From contig NC_133622.1 of NCBI RefSeq assembly GCF_048593235.1, positions 243,850,055 through 243,914,054 of the forward strand: 64,000 bases of DNA, in the 5' to 3' direction. The position numbers and the translations under genes are program-made. The notes beneath the pieces were generated by a model, which was not told where the DNA came from, did no database searches, and was given only the letters and a program-made list of their open reading frames with translations. Source of the DNA: Sminthopsis crassicaudata (lineage: Eukaryota). Below are positions 1-12,669 of this stretch, one piece after another (within the stretch, counting starts at the first letter, position 1; every line of letters begins with the position of its first letter).

Positions 1-787
1 ACAACATTGTCCCCAGGACAGGAATGAGTGAGTAGTGGTCATCGAGTGTGACAAATCTCGGAGATACTGAATTAATACTGGCTCACTAAAAGCATCACCT
101 CTACTAAAATACTGGGGACAGAAAGACCATCTAGTAGTTCCCATTCCATTTCTCAAATGGAGGTGAACAGTGAGATACCCAGAAACTAAAGGAAAGGCCG
201 GGTGGCCATCAGAGCAGATGTCTTGCAGAGGAATGGGTCAGCTCCCTGAAGCTCAGCTGGCCCCTTAGTTCATTCACTGATATTAAGCCATACTCTGTGG
301 GTGATCTTGGGGAACGAATCATTTTGTTTGCATTTCCTCTTGCATCTGGGGGCTAAATAGAGGTGAGATCCAAGAGTAAGAACCCCTGGAGGTGGATTAG
401 CTGACTCTACACAAAGCAAACTCACTCCAAGTTCTGTGCCTCAGTTTCCCTTTCTAGTGGAATGAGGAAATCACACAATGAAGAGGGAAAGTCAAGAGAT
501 CGTTTGGTCCAACTAGCTTGTTTTCAGACTTGAAAACTGAGGACTAGAGAAATTAAATGCACGAGGATAAGAAGCCAGGTAAGAATTTGAACTCAGAACT
601 CCCAACTTCAAAGTCATCGACTTTTCTACGAAATGAAATTCTGCCAAAGAAAAACAAAGTTCCTGTAAAAGTTGAGGATGGTGTGTATCTGACCTTGCGC
701 AACCCAAAGGGGTCCTAGCTGCATCGCTGGCCTTCAGCCAGCGGGTTACGATGTGGGGCTCCCCAGAGTCCTCCTTCAGCCCAGTCT

Positions 788-845
788 GATTTACTGGAAA
801 TCACAGCAGAATCAATCGTCCTTAATTTTTAACAGGCAGGCCAAT
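788..845 (+). promoter_or_regulatory. SERPING1: SERPING1 proximal promoter module (TATA-less): GAS-like, ONECUT/HNF6-like, HNF1-like and CCAAT motifs
   Basis: TTACTGGAA 791-799, AATCAAT 810-816, CTTAATTTTTAAC 821-833, CCAAT 841-845. The segment resembles the human SERPING1 5' region as I recall it. Factor assignment is by motif only. Confidence 0.55.
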
Positions 846-1553
846 GGCCAGGTCCGGCCCATGGCCGGGCCTTCCTCTCCTCCCCATCTGGGTTGGACTC
901 TGGGGTCACTCTGCTCTGAAGCTGCTCACGGATCAGGAGTCGGGGCGCAGGTCTGGTGCTGGGCAAGGTGGGGAAGGGTACCCACAAATTACCTGGATTT
1001 AAGAATAAGCTGGGCTCCTGTTTCTTGATTATCACTCCAGGGCCCTCCCCCCATCCCATCCCCCCCCGCGCCCCTTGGGGCTCCTCTTTGGAACTTTTCT
1101 CAGCTGCTCTCTAGACCTCCCGGTGCCCCTGGGGCCCCTCAGCTTTCCCCCCCTCCCATCCCCGGCCTAATCCAGGGCCCCATCTCCTGCCGCCACAGCC
1201 CGGACCCCTCCGCTGAACAGATGGACAGAGACCCAGGCCCGGGCCAGAGGAGGAGGGGAGGTGCGGGCTTGGGGTGGGGGAGGCGGGGGTGGGGGAGAAG
1301 GAAGGACAGCTGTGCTGGGAAACGGCCGAGATTACTGGAAAACAAAACCGAGGGGAGGGGCCCCGCAGGGGAAGGCCCGGCGAGAGGCGATCGGAAAGGG
1401 AAGAAAGAGAAAGGAGGGCTGAGGCTGCCGGGGCCCACCCCCAAGCCCCAGTCCCCCCGGCCCGGAGCCCGCCCCTTTGCTCTCAGCAGGCAGGGGACTG
1501 ACCCGGGACCCCCGGCATTGGTTCAGCAGGTCAAGGCGGACAGCGACGCCCAG

Positions 1554-1616
1554 ATGGCAGCCCGGCTGACCCCGCTGCTGACCCTGCTGCTGCTCTTTCT
1601 AGCGGCCCGGGCCGAA
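1554..1616 (+). CDS. SERPING1: C1 inhibitor, first coding exon (signal peptide MAARLTPLLTLLLLFLAARAE)
   Basis: ATG in context cagATGg, hydrophobic leader, donor GAA|GTAAGT at 1617, phase 0. Joined CDS 63+448+135+204+146+220+254 = 1470 nt = 489 aa plus stop. Confidence 0.9.
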
Positions 1617-2250
1617 GTAAGTGCCCCCACCCCACACACGCTCCTCGGGGGGCGGGGGCGGGGCAGAGAAGAAGCGCATGTAATTAACCCTTTGTGGGCA
1701 GCGACGAGGAGTGAGTGGCGCAGTCCAAAACGGGGAGCCTAGACAGCTCCGCCTGGGCGGAACCTTAGCTCTGATCCCCTGTTTTACGGACCCGGGGGTG
1801 GGGGTTGGGTGGGGAAGACTTATCCAGTATTACGGACCCGGGAGGGGAAGAGACTCGTCCGCTAGCCCACGGCCATTGGTGGCAGACCCAGAACTCGACC
1901 CATCCCTTAAACCAGCAGACCTGATAGTCTTTCCACTGCACCCCAGCCCTCGGGCTCTCTTCCTCTGAAGTTACTGGCTTCAAGCCCACGACTAGCTGTG
2001 TGACCCTGGACGAGTCCCTTGGGAAGAAAGAATAACAAAACAAAACAAAAAGAAAACCCAACAGATCCCCAGTTCCTCATCTGAGGGGCTCAAGGAACAT
2101 TTAAAACATGGGCCAGGACGGGGCTTTCAGACCTGATGCAGATCTACAGGCTCCTGCGTGGGGGGGAGGGGGAGAGCTGGAGGGGGATGGGAACTACAGA
2201 TCACATATATGCCCCTGGACTGTTAACACCTGGAAGGAAATTTAACTTTT

Positions 2251-2728
2251 TTTTTTTTTTTTTAATTAATTATAATTTTTTATTTCCCAGATAGATGCAT
2301 GGGTAATTTTACAGCATTGACAGTTGCCAAACCTTTTGTTCCAATTTTTTCCCTCCTTCCCTCCCCCCCATGGCAGATTGACCAATACATGTTAAATTTG
2401 TTAGAGTATAAGTTAAACACAATATATGTATACATGACCAAACGTTGTTTTGCTGTACAAAACGAATCAGACTTTGAAATAGTGTACAATTAGTCTGTGA
2501 GGGAAATCAAAAACACAGGCGGACAAAAATAGAGGGATTGGGAATTCTATGGAGTGGTTCATAGTCATCTCCCAGAGTTCTCCCGCTGGGTGTAGCTGGT
2601 TTAGTTCATTTCTGCTCTATTGGAACTGATTTGGTTCATCTCATTGTTGAGGAGGGCCACTTCCATCAGAATTGATCATCATATAGTATTGTTGTTGAAG
2701 TCTATAATGATCCCCTGGTCCTGCTCAA
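2251..2728 (-). mobile_element. 5'-truncated L1 (3' UTR fragment) in SERPING1 intron
   Basis: Poly(T) on the + strand, marsupial L1 3'-end sequence, 14-bp TSD GAAATTTAACTTTT at 2237-2250 and 2729-2742, canonical TTTT/AA site. Confidence 0.85.
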
Positions 2729-3501
2729 GAAATTTAACTTTTAATGGAAAAAAAAAAACAAACCATTTATTTGAAGTTGGTTTCTGGGGCTTTGAGCCCC
2801 CTTCCCTCTCACTTTCAAAGGATGGATCCATGGGAATGCCTATTACTCTCAGTGCCCACCTTCTCTAGAGTCAGGCTGATATATGGAGTCCTGTTTCAAG
2901 CAGGACTCAGTCCTCCCTTCAGGCCTCCAGAGCTTAAGAGAGTAGTCTCACTAACGAACCCATCCTGGCCCATCATTCTCCCTGGAAATTTCAGAAAAGC
3001 AAATTTAGGAATAAGCCCATGGACGTCCAGATGAAAAGGATCAGAGATGTCACCTGATCTAACCCTCTCTCATTTTATAGATGAGGATTCTAAGGTCCAG
3101 AAAGGTTAATGACTCAGCTGAGGTCACACAGGGGCTAGAGCTGGGACTTGAATTGTTTGACTTCAGAACCAGTGCTTCTTACACTAAGGTAGACTGTTTG
3201 ATGTCAAGACTAAAATCCTAACAATGAGAATCATTTCAAAGTGGAATAAGTTGCCTCTGAAGATAGTGGGTTGTCCCTTATTTAAAGTCTTCAAACAAAA
3301 GCTACTTGTTCATTTTTGAGGTGTCTTATCTTTGAGGTTTCCTATTTAGATATTAATTGGACTAGATGGTCTCTGAAGTCCTTGCTTGCTCTGAGCCTCA
3401 TGATATGGGTCTTTCCATGACTTTAGATATGTTTAAGTGATGTGATCTCCTGGACTATGTCTCTAAGACTCAACTTCTCCCTTTCTTCTGGGTATTTGAA
3501 G

Positions 3502-3949
3502 GTGGACCATGGTAGCAGAGAGGAGCAGGCAAATAAAAATGAAACATTATTGACCCAGCCAAGTGGAAAGAATGAATCAGAGACTGATCTGGATAGCCCC
3601 CAAAGCCACATCGAATCCCAGAAAGTGATAAAAGATAAAACAACTCATCCACCGACAGACTTTCCCACAAAGTCTACTACCACTGAACCAACTACTCAAT
3701 CCCCTACAGAGCTCCCCACTCAACCAACTTCCCAGCCAACCACTCAGGCCCCTCCTGAACCAACTTGCCTGATTCCTGATATTTCCTGCTCTGAGATCAA
3801 GACTCAAGAAGCAGAGAACATGTTGGGAGAAGCCATGACAGATTTCTCCCTGAAACTTTACCGGACCTTCTCAGCAGTGAAGAAAATAGACTCCAATATG
3901 GTCTTTTCCCCATTCAGCATTGCAAGCCTTCTCACCAACATCCTCTTAG
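3502..3949 (+). CDS. SERPING1: C1 inhibitor coding exon 2 (Thr/Pro-rich mucin-like N-terminal domain and start of serpin domain)
   Basis: Acceptor tttgaag|GTG, QPTT-like repeats, two Cys seven residues apart, serpin motif [13 protein letters not shown], donor TTAG|GTAAGG (phase 1). Confidence 0.93.
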
Positions 3950-4671
3950 GTAAGGGTCTTACCTGTAGACTCCCCATCATAGCTGGCCCTGGTATCCTCG
4001 TGACTGTCCTGATCACAGCCACCCTAAATGGGCTTACACTCCCTGCTGCCATAACAATATGGCTCCAAGAGGAAGTCTTCTTAGATAATGGTCACTGTCC
4101 CAGGTGCTAACCTATTCCTGCTAATACCTTTATTCTTCTGACTAGTTTCTTGAGCACCCCCTGTGTGTAAGGTGCTTTTCAAGGATATACCAAGATGCCA
4201 AAATGTTATCCTTGCCCTTAAGCCCACAGTCTAATAGAGGAGAAAAGCCATGTACACTAGTATGTGTATGCATACATATACTCTATGTAGTGAGTACGTT
4301 GTAAGTGGAACAGAGTATTTTAATCAGAAGAATGAATGGTTGGTGAGGGCTATTTCTTGAAGAATGAAACAATATTGCTAACTTGGAAGGAAGAATAAAA
4401 TTTAAATAAAGACAAAATGTGGAGTGAGGAGAGAATATCATATAGAGAGTAAGAGTGCTGGATATGAGTTCAAATCCCAGCTTTGCTACTTTTTAGCTAT
4501 GTGACTGAGAATGTTATGGATGGCTTTCTTCTTGAGGTGGAGCTTAAAAGAGATGTCTTTCTTTCAAATCAAGTTTGTGATTAGTGAAAGACGAGCCAGA
4601 GAGAACAAAGAATAGAGGTAAAAAGAATAATTAAGAGCCTGTTTCAATAGACTCAGGAAAAGGTGATGAAT

Positions 4672-4914
4672 AGGCCCAACTCAGTGGATAGAGCCAAGAG
4701 ACCCAACTCAATGAATAGAGTCAAGAAGCCCACTTTAATGGATAGGATAAAGAGGCCCACCTCCATTGATAGAGCTAAGAGACCCACCTCAATGGATAGA
4801 GCTAAGAGGCCCACCTCAATGGATAGAACCAAGAAGTCTAACTCAGTGGATAGAGCAGAGAGGCCCAATTCAATGAATAGAGCAGAAAAGCCCACCTCAA
4901 TGGACAGAGCAGAG
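4672..4914. repeat. 27-bp minisatellite, 9 copies
   Basis: Consensus AGGCCCACCTCAATGGATAGAGCTAAG. It appears in the ORF track as a 9-aa repeat (RPTSMDRAK). Confidence 0.9.
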
Positions 4915-7248
4915 AGAAGGAATGTTTGTAAAATTCATGGGCATGGATTTGAACCCAGATCTTCTTGACCCAGAAGCCAGTTTTTATCCATGCCATATTG
5001 CCTATTAAATGAGATTAAGATTTTTAAAATAGATCCATTGGATCTTTGTATCAAAAGGAGAAGGAAGCTGAAGACTTCAATTTGGGTTTTGGCTGTTTGA
5101 GTGGAGAGAAAGGGTTGAATTGTGGGAGGGCTCTTACAGAGGGAGACTCAAAAGGGTAAACTAGATTCCCCCCCCCAAAAAAGGGGGATTCTTCCATAGG
5201 CAACAGATGCCATGTCTTCTTTTCTTCTCCTCCCCCTCTTTCCTCAGGTCCAAGTAACTAGAAAACAATTTAAGTCTTTTTTTTTAAATTCCAATGAGAG
5301 ATTTTTACCTTCATTTCCCAATAGATATCTTCCCCATCCCCATCCAAAAAGCCATTTCTTATTACAAAGAATTAAAAAAAGAAAAGAAGATGATGGATGG
5401 GAGTAATTCATCAAAACAAACCATCATATAGACCAAGCCTGACATTATATAGAGTGTTTCACATCCATAGGTCCCCATCTTATATTTCTCCTTCGAGTCA
5501 AACTGGGTAATTATATCTATACAATATTTGATTTTGATTTTATTTCATCAAGCCTTTGTTAAGTACAAACTGTTTATCAGATGCTGTGCTTGGCACCGGG
5601 AGTACAGGGGTAACATATTGCATGGAACCTATCTTTAAGGAGTTTACAATGAAGGGGCAGAAAGAACACAATCCACAAAGTTGAGGATGAGGCAGAGGTG
5701 AATTTCAGGGAAGGTTTCATGGAGCAGGTGGCATCTGGAAAGAGAGGGACTTTAGAAATAAAGAAATGAAGGGGTAGACGTTCATTCTAGTCTTAAAGAT
5801 ACCTAAGGTGAACAAAGCCAGAGCAGGAGCAAGATGAAGGATGGAGAATAGCTATATGCCAGAGAAAGATGGGGAATCACGTCTCTTGTTTCTTGGCAGA
5901 GAGTTCATGGATTCTAGGGATGACATATATTTGCATTCATGGTTTGTTCTTTTTTTATACTTTACTGTGCTTTTTGTGTTTGTTATAAAGGTGTCTCCTT
6001 CTAGAGCTGAGAAAACAGTTCAGCTTGACTGGAATTTTGATTTCATGAAGAGAGTAATATGGGATAGATCAACAAACTATGATTATACCTACTACATGCC
6101 AGGCACTGTCCTAGGTACTGATACTCTGAAGCTAAAAGGGAAAGAGGTCTCTGCCCTCAAGAAGCTTATAGTTTGGTTGAGGAAGACTAGAATTTAGTTA
6201 AGGATTTGTCTGAATCAAGGTCTATACAAATAAAAGGTGGTTTTGGCGGCAAGGCGCTAGGAGCTGGGGGCCTCAGGAAAGGCTTCTCATAAGAAAATAG
6301 AACTTTGTTAAGTCTTGAAGGAAGTAGTAGAGACTGGCTCAAAGAGGGTCTTGGATGGCAGGATCAAACATTTCTGTTCTATTTGTTAAGCAATAGGGAT
6401 CCACCAAAGACTTCTGAGTAGAGGAGTAGCATGATCATAGCAGTGCTAAAGGGAGGAGGAGGAAATGGCCAGCCCATGGACCCTATAAGACCCACAAAAT
6501 CTGCGAAGGCATCCATAAGAAATGATGAGCTGAAAGCTTGATACAACATCCTCCCACTGCTTGAATTCTATAAGTTAACAATTTTATATGGCCTGCAAAT
6601 GATGCTATAAATATCTAAATGGCCCTTGGCAGAAAAAAAGGTTCCTTATGCCTAAAATGAGGATGTGTATGAGCTAGGGTAGAGTCAGGGGATGGAAAAG
6701 GAAGCACTGGCTGCAAGAGATATTGCCAAAAGAGGAATAAGCCTTCTCAACAGCTAACTAGATTCAATTATTGAGGGAGAAAAAAAAAGTCAAAGATGAT
6801 TCCAAGGTTGCAGCTCTAGGTAGCTGGATGGATGAAAATTGTTGACAGGATTGGAGGAGTTAAAAGGAAAGGTCAGTGTAAGAAGGAAGGAGCTTGATTT
6901 TAAATAAGCTGAGTTTAAAATTTCAACAGAACATCTGGAAATCTTCACTAGCTAGTTGAAAATATGTCATTGAAGCACTGAGGAGAGATGGAGAGGGAAA
7001 ATATGGATTGAAAAAGTCATCTGCTCAGAGGTTAAGGCTGAAGCTGTAAGAATGGCCAACAAGTGGGAGAGTAAAAAGAAAAGTTTTAGGATAGAACTTT
7101 GTTAGGAATGGAGAAGCCTCAGCTTTTGACCTTTTCCAGGGTTTCTCAAGAAGCCTCCACAACATGAAAATAAGCCCTCTTTTGTGGCTGTCCTAGCCTT
7201 GACTCCATTCTCAATCACTAACCCTGAACCCCATCTCATCTTCTCCAG

Positions 7249-7383
7249 GGGCTGGAAACACCACCAAAAGAAACCTGGAAGAACTTCTCTCTTACCCCAA
7301 GGACTTTGACTGTGTTCATCAGACCCTGAAGAACCTATCAACCAGTGGCTTTATCTCAGCCTCTCAGATCTTCCACAGTCCTG
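7249..7383 (+). CDS. SERPING1: C1 inhibitor coding exon 3
   Basis: ctccag|GG...CCTG|gtgaga, 135 nt, translates [45 protein letters not shown]. Too short for the ORF track. Confidence 0.95.
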
Positions 7384-8536
7384 GTGAGATGCTATCTGCA
7401 AGGGTTGACAAGTCACCTCCTCCCCATCTCTGAAGGGAGCCCTAAGGGTTCTCGGCTGTGTTTAGCAACTGCCATTGATCCTGATTGGCTATTGAGATCC
7501 CAGAAGTGGGAAGGATGGGAAAGTGTAGATATGATAAGAATTGCTAAACCAAAGTATGGGACTTTTTTTTATAGAACTATGGAGGATACTGAATAAATGA
7601 AAAGGCATTTATTGAGTGCCTTCTATGTTCTAAGCATTGTAATAAGGACTGGTGATAGAAATACAAAAGAGAACTTCCCTTGAGGAGCTTATATTTTAAT
7701 GGTGGACGATAACACATATTGAAGTGGTTAGGAAAGGATAATTTGGCCTGGGGGAATCACAAGGAGTAGAGTCACAGGGCAATCAATTGACATATATATT
7801 CTTTTTCTAGAAGCATTTAGTGTTCATTTGATTACCATTCCCAGAGTAAGAGGAAAAAGGGACAGAAGCCAGGTACAGAACACAGCATAGTGGGAAGATA
7901 GATGGAAAGAAGCATGATTGGGTGCCAGCTAGATAGAATGGGCTCTCATCGATGACAGTCCCCGGATGGGAGATCCAGAGCTGAGTGGCTTAACTCCTCC
8001 GGGGCATGGTCTCCAGTTTGAGGGTACAGAAGCATCAGCGCAGCAAGGCAGGAAGATTGCCAAGGTGCTCGTGGAATACATTAGGAAGAAAGGGATGAGA
8101 AAGGCAGAGAGGGGGAGGCTGTATTAAACTAAACACTAGACTAAAAGTGAGGAGACCTTGTAATCCAAACCTTGGTGAAACATGAAGTTAATTCAGAGAC
8201 TGGGAGGGGCAGGAAATTTGAACTTGGATAAAGGAAGACTTCCATTCTCTGCCCATGCAAGATTTTTGTCCCTAAACCAGTTCCCTCATCTATAAGAAAA
8301 GGATAAGGCTACGGTTGTTATTGTTATCCCAGCTCTGCTGGCAAATGCCTTAGGCTTCTGTTTCCTCAATGCTGAAATGAAAGGTAGACTAAGGTCCCTT
8401 TCCAGCTTCTATGGTTTTCTGGAGTAGGAAAACGTAGATTGGCCCCTGCATGTCAAGTTAAAGGCCATCTTGGTAAGGGGCTGGGGAGCTTCCCTCTTCT
8501 CTTCTCACCATGACTTGTCCACTATCATTCTCCCAG

Positions 8537-8740
8537 ATCTGATTCTGAAGAAGAACTTTGTGAATGCCTCCCAGGCCCTGTATGGCAACCAGCCCACAGT
8601 TCTGAGCAATGACAGTGAGGTGAACTTGGCTTTGATCAACTCATGGGTGGCCAACAGGACCAATAACAAGATCGTCAATCTCCTGAAGAGCCTGCCATCA
8701 GACATCAGGCTTGTCCTAGTCAATACTATCTACCTTAATG
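8537..8740 (+). CDS. SERPING1: C1 inhibitor coding exon 4
   Basis: cccag|AT...AATG|gtaagg, 204 nt, [13 protein letters not shown]...[13 protein letters not shown]...LVNTIYLN. Confidence 0.96.
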
Positions 8741-9637
8741 GTAAGGAATCAAATGTGGGGAGAATTCAAGTAAAACTCATGATTGGTTTCAGTTTGATTT
8801 AAATAGCAATTTTTGTTGTTGCCTGCCATAAAAGGCCATGGAGGCACTGGATTGGATACTGGACTTGGAGTCAAATACTCCTCTGAGTCTTTTTAATTGT
8901 GTTTAATTTCTGGATTTCATTCACAAATCTGGATTTGTGAGAAAGTTTCCATATCAAGAGTTCTTTATATTGATAAAATCCCCAAACCTTTAGGTCTTTT
9001 TATAACCTTGTGTTTCTGGCTTTCTGGAAGTTTGAATGAGCTGCACCCGCAGGGATAACCTTCCTGTCCTAGAACTTGTCCACAAGTTCACCTCAAGATT
9101 TTTCAGACTTAGTCTCAGAACTAACAGTTCACTTACTACCAAATCTTCTAGTAAGCCTAAAAGACTTCCAGCAACAGCTGGGTATGGAGTCAAGAGTCCC
9201 CACTCTTTCATTTGTGAGCTGGCTGACTATGGGCAGCTTTATTTTCTGAGCCTTACTTTCTCCATGTTTGAATTTTGGTAGAGCTGTGAACTTGAACTCG
9301 GTGATTTATTATTTCCAACTATGCAAATCCTCAGTCATCAATCAATCAGATACTTATTTAAAACAATTATTTCATGAATTGATTTGTTTAATCATTGAAA
9401 AACCCAAATAATTATTTAGACTTTTAAAAGTTACTTAACAATTTAAAGAAAATACTCCATTTACTATGAATGTAATAAACATTTGCTCTTTGGTCCTGAT
9501 GAAGAAAACACTTAGAAAGTTGAAAGTGAGCTGTAAATTTGAGCTATTAGGAAGTTTTCTCCAACACAAGGCCTTTATCTTCCTGCCTCGGTCTTCCCAT
9601 CATTCCACTCTCTCTCTCTCTCTCTTCTTTCCTTTAG

Positions 9638-9783
9638 CCAAATGGAAGGTGACTTTTGACCCCAAAAAAACTTACCTGGAGAACTTTTACCCCAAATCCT
9701 CCAAGGTGAAGGTGAAGGTGCCCATGATGAGGAGTGAGAAGTATCCAGTGACCCATTTCATAGACTCCAACTTGAAAGCCAGG
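9638..9783 (+). CDS. SERPING1: C1 inhibitor coding exon 5
   Basis: ctttag|CC...AGG|gtgagt, 146 nt, [12 protein letters not shown]...[23 protein letters not shown]. Confidence 0.96.
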
Positions 9784-11730
9784 GTGAGTATAAAGGGTTT
9801 TGCCAGCAGCCACCTTGATCTTCAGTCACCATCTGGGGTCCTTTCTGGATTTCCTGTTTTCATAGACACAAAAGAATCTTTTCTGCTTCAACCACTCTTC
9901 CTCTTTCTCAGAGCTCTCTCCTTTTCCTTTTTCCTACTCTACTTTTTCTAACTTTCTTCTGTCCAGTAGTTCCCTGAGGAAGGCAGAGACCTCTGTACTC
10001 CCTTTCCAGCAGCAACTGAGTTCACACGAGCCACATTGAGACTCAGTATCCCTTTTTTGGCCAAACCATTAGGGAACCCAGAAAGCTGAGAAAACTCTGT
10101 GTCTATGTGGCACATGTGGATACATATGTGTGTACAGGTGGGTGGTGAATTCCTCAATAGAATGAGACTAGCGAGAACAATTCAGACCTTCAAAGTAGCG
10201 CTTTTCCTCTACGAGATACAAAGATTATGACCCTCATTTTGGAGATGAGAAAATTTGAAGTTGCTTATCCACAGACACACAGAACTTCAGAAACTGCCCC
10301 AGAAGTGAGGTGAGACATATCTCAAAGCCTGGCAGGTTCTGGTTCATTATTACAGAATGTTGTGTGCCCAGCACTGTCCCAGGTGCTATTCAGGCTACAA
10401 AGAAAGCATGAGACACAATCCTTGCCCCTCGAGGAGCTTCCCTTCCCTTGGAGAAATCAAGATTCACACATGAATAGAGAACAAGAAGCCAGTGTCCATT
10501 TTATAGCAGACAAGTCCTGCAGGTAATCAAAACCCAGAACTGGAAGGGACCTCCTAAGCTATCTCATCCAAATTCCTCACTTAATAGATGTGGAAACTCA
10601 TGTCTGGGAAATGAAGAGACTTGCCAAAGGTCATACTCGGCAGGAAGTACAAGAGTTAGAATCTTCTGTCTCCCAAGCCCAGAGTATTTCATTTCTATGA
10701 CGCTTCTTCACTATGACCAGTTGAAATATAAAGTGAAAAGGTTATCACCCCCATTTTGAAGATGAGAAGACTGAGCCTCAGAGAGTTGCTCATGGCCATG
10801 GCAATTGGTCAGGGTTGGAGCTTAGATTAAACCCAGTTTTTCCAATACTCTTTCTACCACCACTTATCCCACCGCCCACAAGTGGAGAAACATTGCAAGT
10901 GTGATTGGGTGTTGGGGCAGGGAGTAGTAGCCTAGAAATGCAGCAGAGAGGCTCAGTGGAGAGAGAGCCCGTGCAGTGGGAAGAGAAGACAGGGTTTAGT
11001 CAGAGAAGATGAATTTCTAGAGGAAGGGATGTCATAGATGGCTTCTGAAGAATGACTAAGAATGACGCCCCAAAGCGAGTCTTGGCAAATGGTTGTTCCT
11101 CCTGTGGAGACAGAGAAATCACTGAGTGGTATCCTGGCTTGTCCACACCTTCTCATGGCTTTCAGATTCATACAAATCCTTTAAGATTTACAAAGCACTT
11201 TCTTTACTACAACCAGGTAAGGTAGGTGGTACTGGCAATGTTGTCTCTATTTTACAGATGAGGAAATTACGCCTTAGTGACAGCAAGTGACTAGCCCAGT
11301 ACTAAATGGCTAATTAATGACTCAGCCCCAGACTCTCATACACCCAGGTTTTATGTGCTGTCCCTTGTGGCCACCATGCTCAACATGCTTACCATGCAAG
11401 CTTTATTCCTCCCCAGAATTCTCAGAAGCTTTAGAGTTCATGTTTTCCATCACCTGAGGAACTTCTCTCTATTTGGAGTCAAAGGATCTGTGTTTGATTC
11501 TTCTCTCTGACGTTTGGGTGACTTTGGGGAAATCATTTAATTTCCTGAGCCTGAGTTTCCATTTGTGAAAAGTGAGAGAATTGTGCTAAATGACCTCTGA
11601 GGTCCCTCCCAAAGCTGGTTTTCTCATCCTATGACCCTGTGACTCACAAGGCAACTTGGGACTCAGCAAGGAAGCTCTCAGGCCTAGTTGGCAATGGGAA
11701 GGCTGAGGGGCCCCATCTCTTGGTCCCCAG

Positions 11731-11950
11731 ATTGGTCTCCTGCAGCTCTCCAATGACCTGAACCTGGTGATCCTGCTGCCTCAGCACTTGGGCGTTCAGC
11801 TTGCTGAGGTCGAGCTAAAACTCAGCAGCCCGGTCTTCAGCGCCGTCTTGGAGAAGCTGGAGAAAAGTAAAAGTCAGGCGACTCTGGTGACCATGCCTCG
11901 ACTCAAGGTGAACACCAGCCAGGACCTGCTCCAGATCTTGGAGAAGATGG
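11731..11950 (+). CDS. SERPING1: C1 inhibitor coding exon 6
   Basis: ccccag|ATT...ATGG|gtgagc, 220 nt, IGLLQLSNDLNLVILLP...MPRLKVNTSQDLLQILEKM. Confidence 0.96.
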
Positions 11951-12597
11951 GTGAGCTCTGTGACCTCATTGCTTTCCTTATAGAGAACAAATCGGGGGTG
12001 GCAAGGGAGTAAGAATGCTGTCCGCCCACTTAGGCCTTGGGACTCTCTTCAGTGCTTTAACTATCTTGTTTGACCCTCACGACAATCCCCCCAAATGGGC
12101 AACATGGCAGAGTGGAGCAAGTTCTGGACTTCGAGTCAGAAAGACTTCCTCAGATACTAACTGCATGGTCCTAGGCAAGTAACTTCCTTGTGCCTTAGTT
12201 TCCTCATCTGTACAATCAGAATGTTGGACTCTAAAGTCCCTTCCAACTCTCATCCAGTGATGCTCTTCAACAGGTGAGGAAGCTGAAACTCAGAATTTGG
12301 TACACGTACAAAAAAACATTGCACATTAACTCCAGAGCCAGCACTAGAAGTTATGGCTCATAGTTCTCAGGCCCAGGATTCTTTCCATTTCACTGTGCTG
12401 AAGATATGGAAGGAATGGATGGCTATTGTCCATTCCAGATTGTTCCCAGGGCTTTTCAGCACTGAGTCTAGCCCCCTGGAAAAGGTATATCCTTACTGAG
12501 GGGGAATGGAAAGGATGTGTCTAAGAAACCTTTTTTTCATGCTAGTATGGAATCAATCAGTCAAATCAACAAGCATTTATTAAAAGTCTGTTATGCA

Positions 12598-12669
12598 GGG
12601 GCAGCTAGGTGGTGCAGTGAAAAGAACACCAGCCCTGAAGTCAGGAGGACCTGAGTTCAAATGTGATCT
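12598..12669 (+). mobile_element. tRNA-derived SINE (WSINE1-like), cut off by a gap
   Basis: GGGGCAGCTAGGTGGTGCAGTG head and GAGTTCAAAT B-box. Confidence 0.8.
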
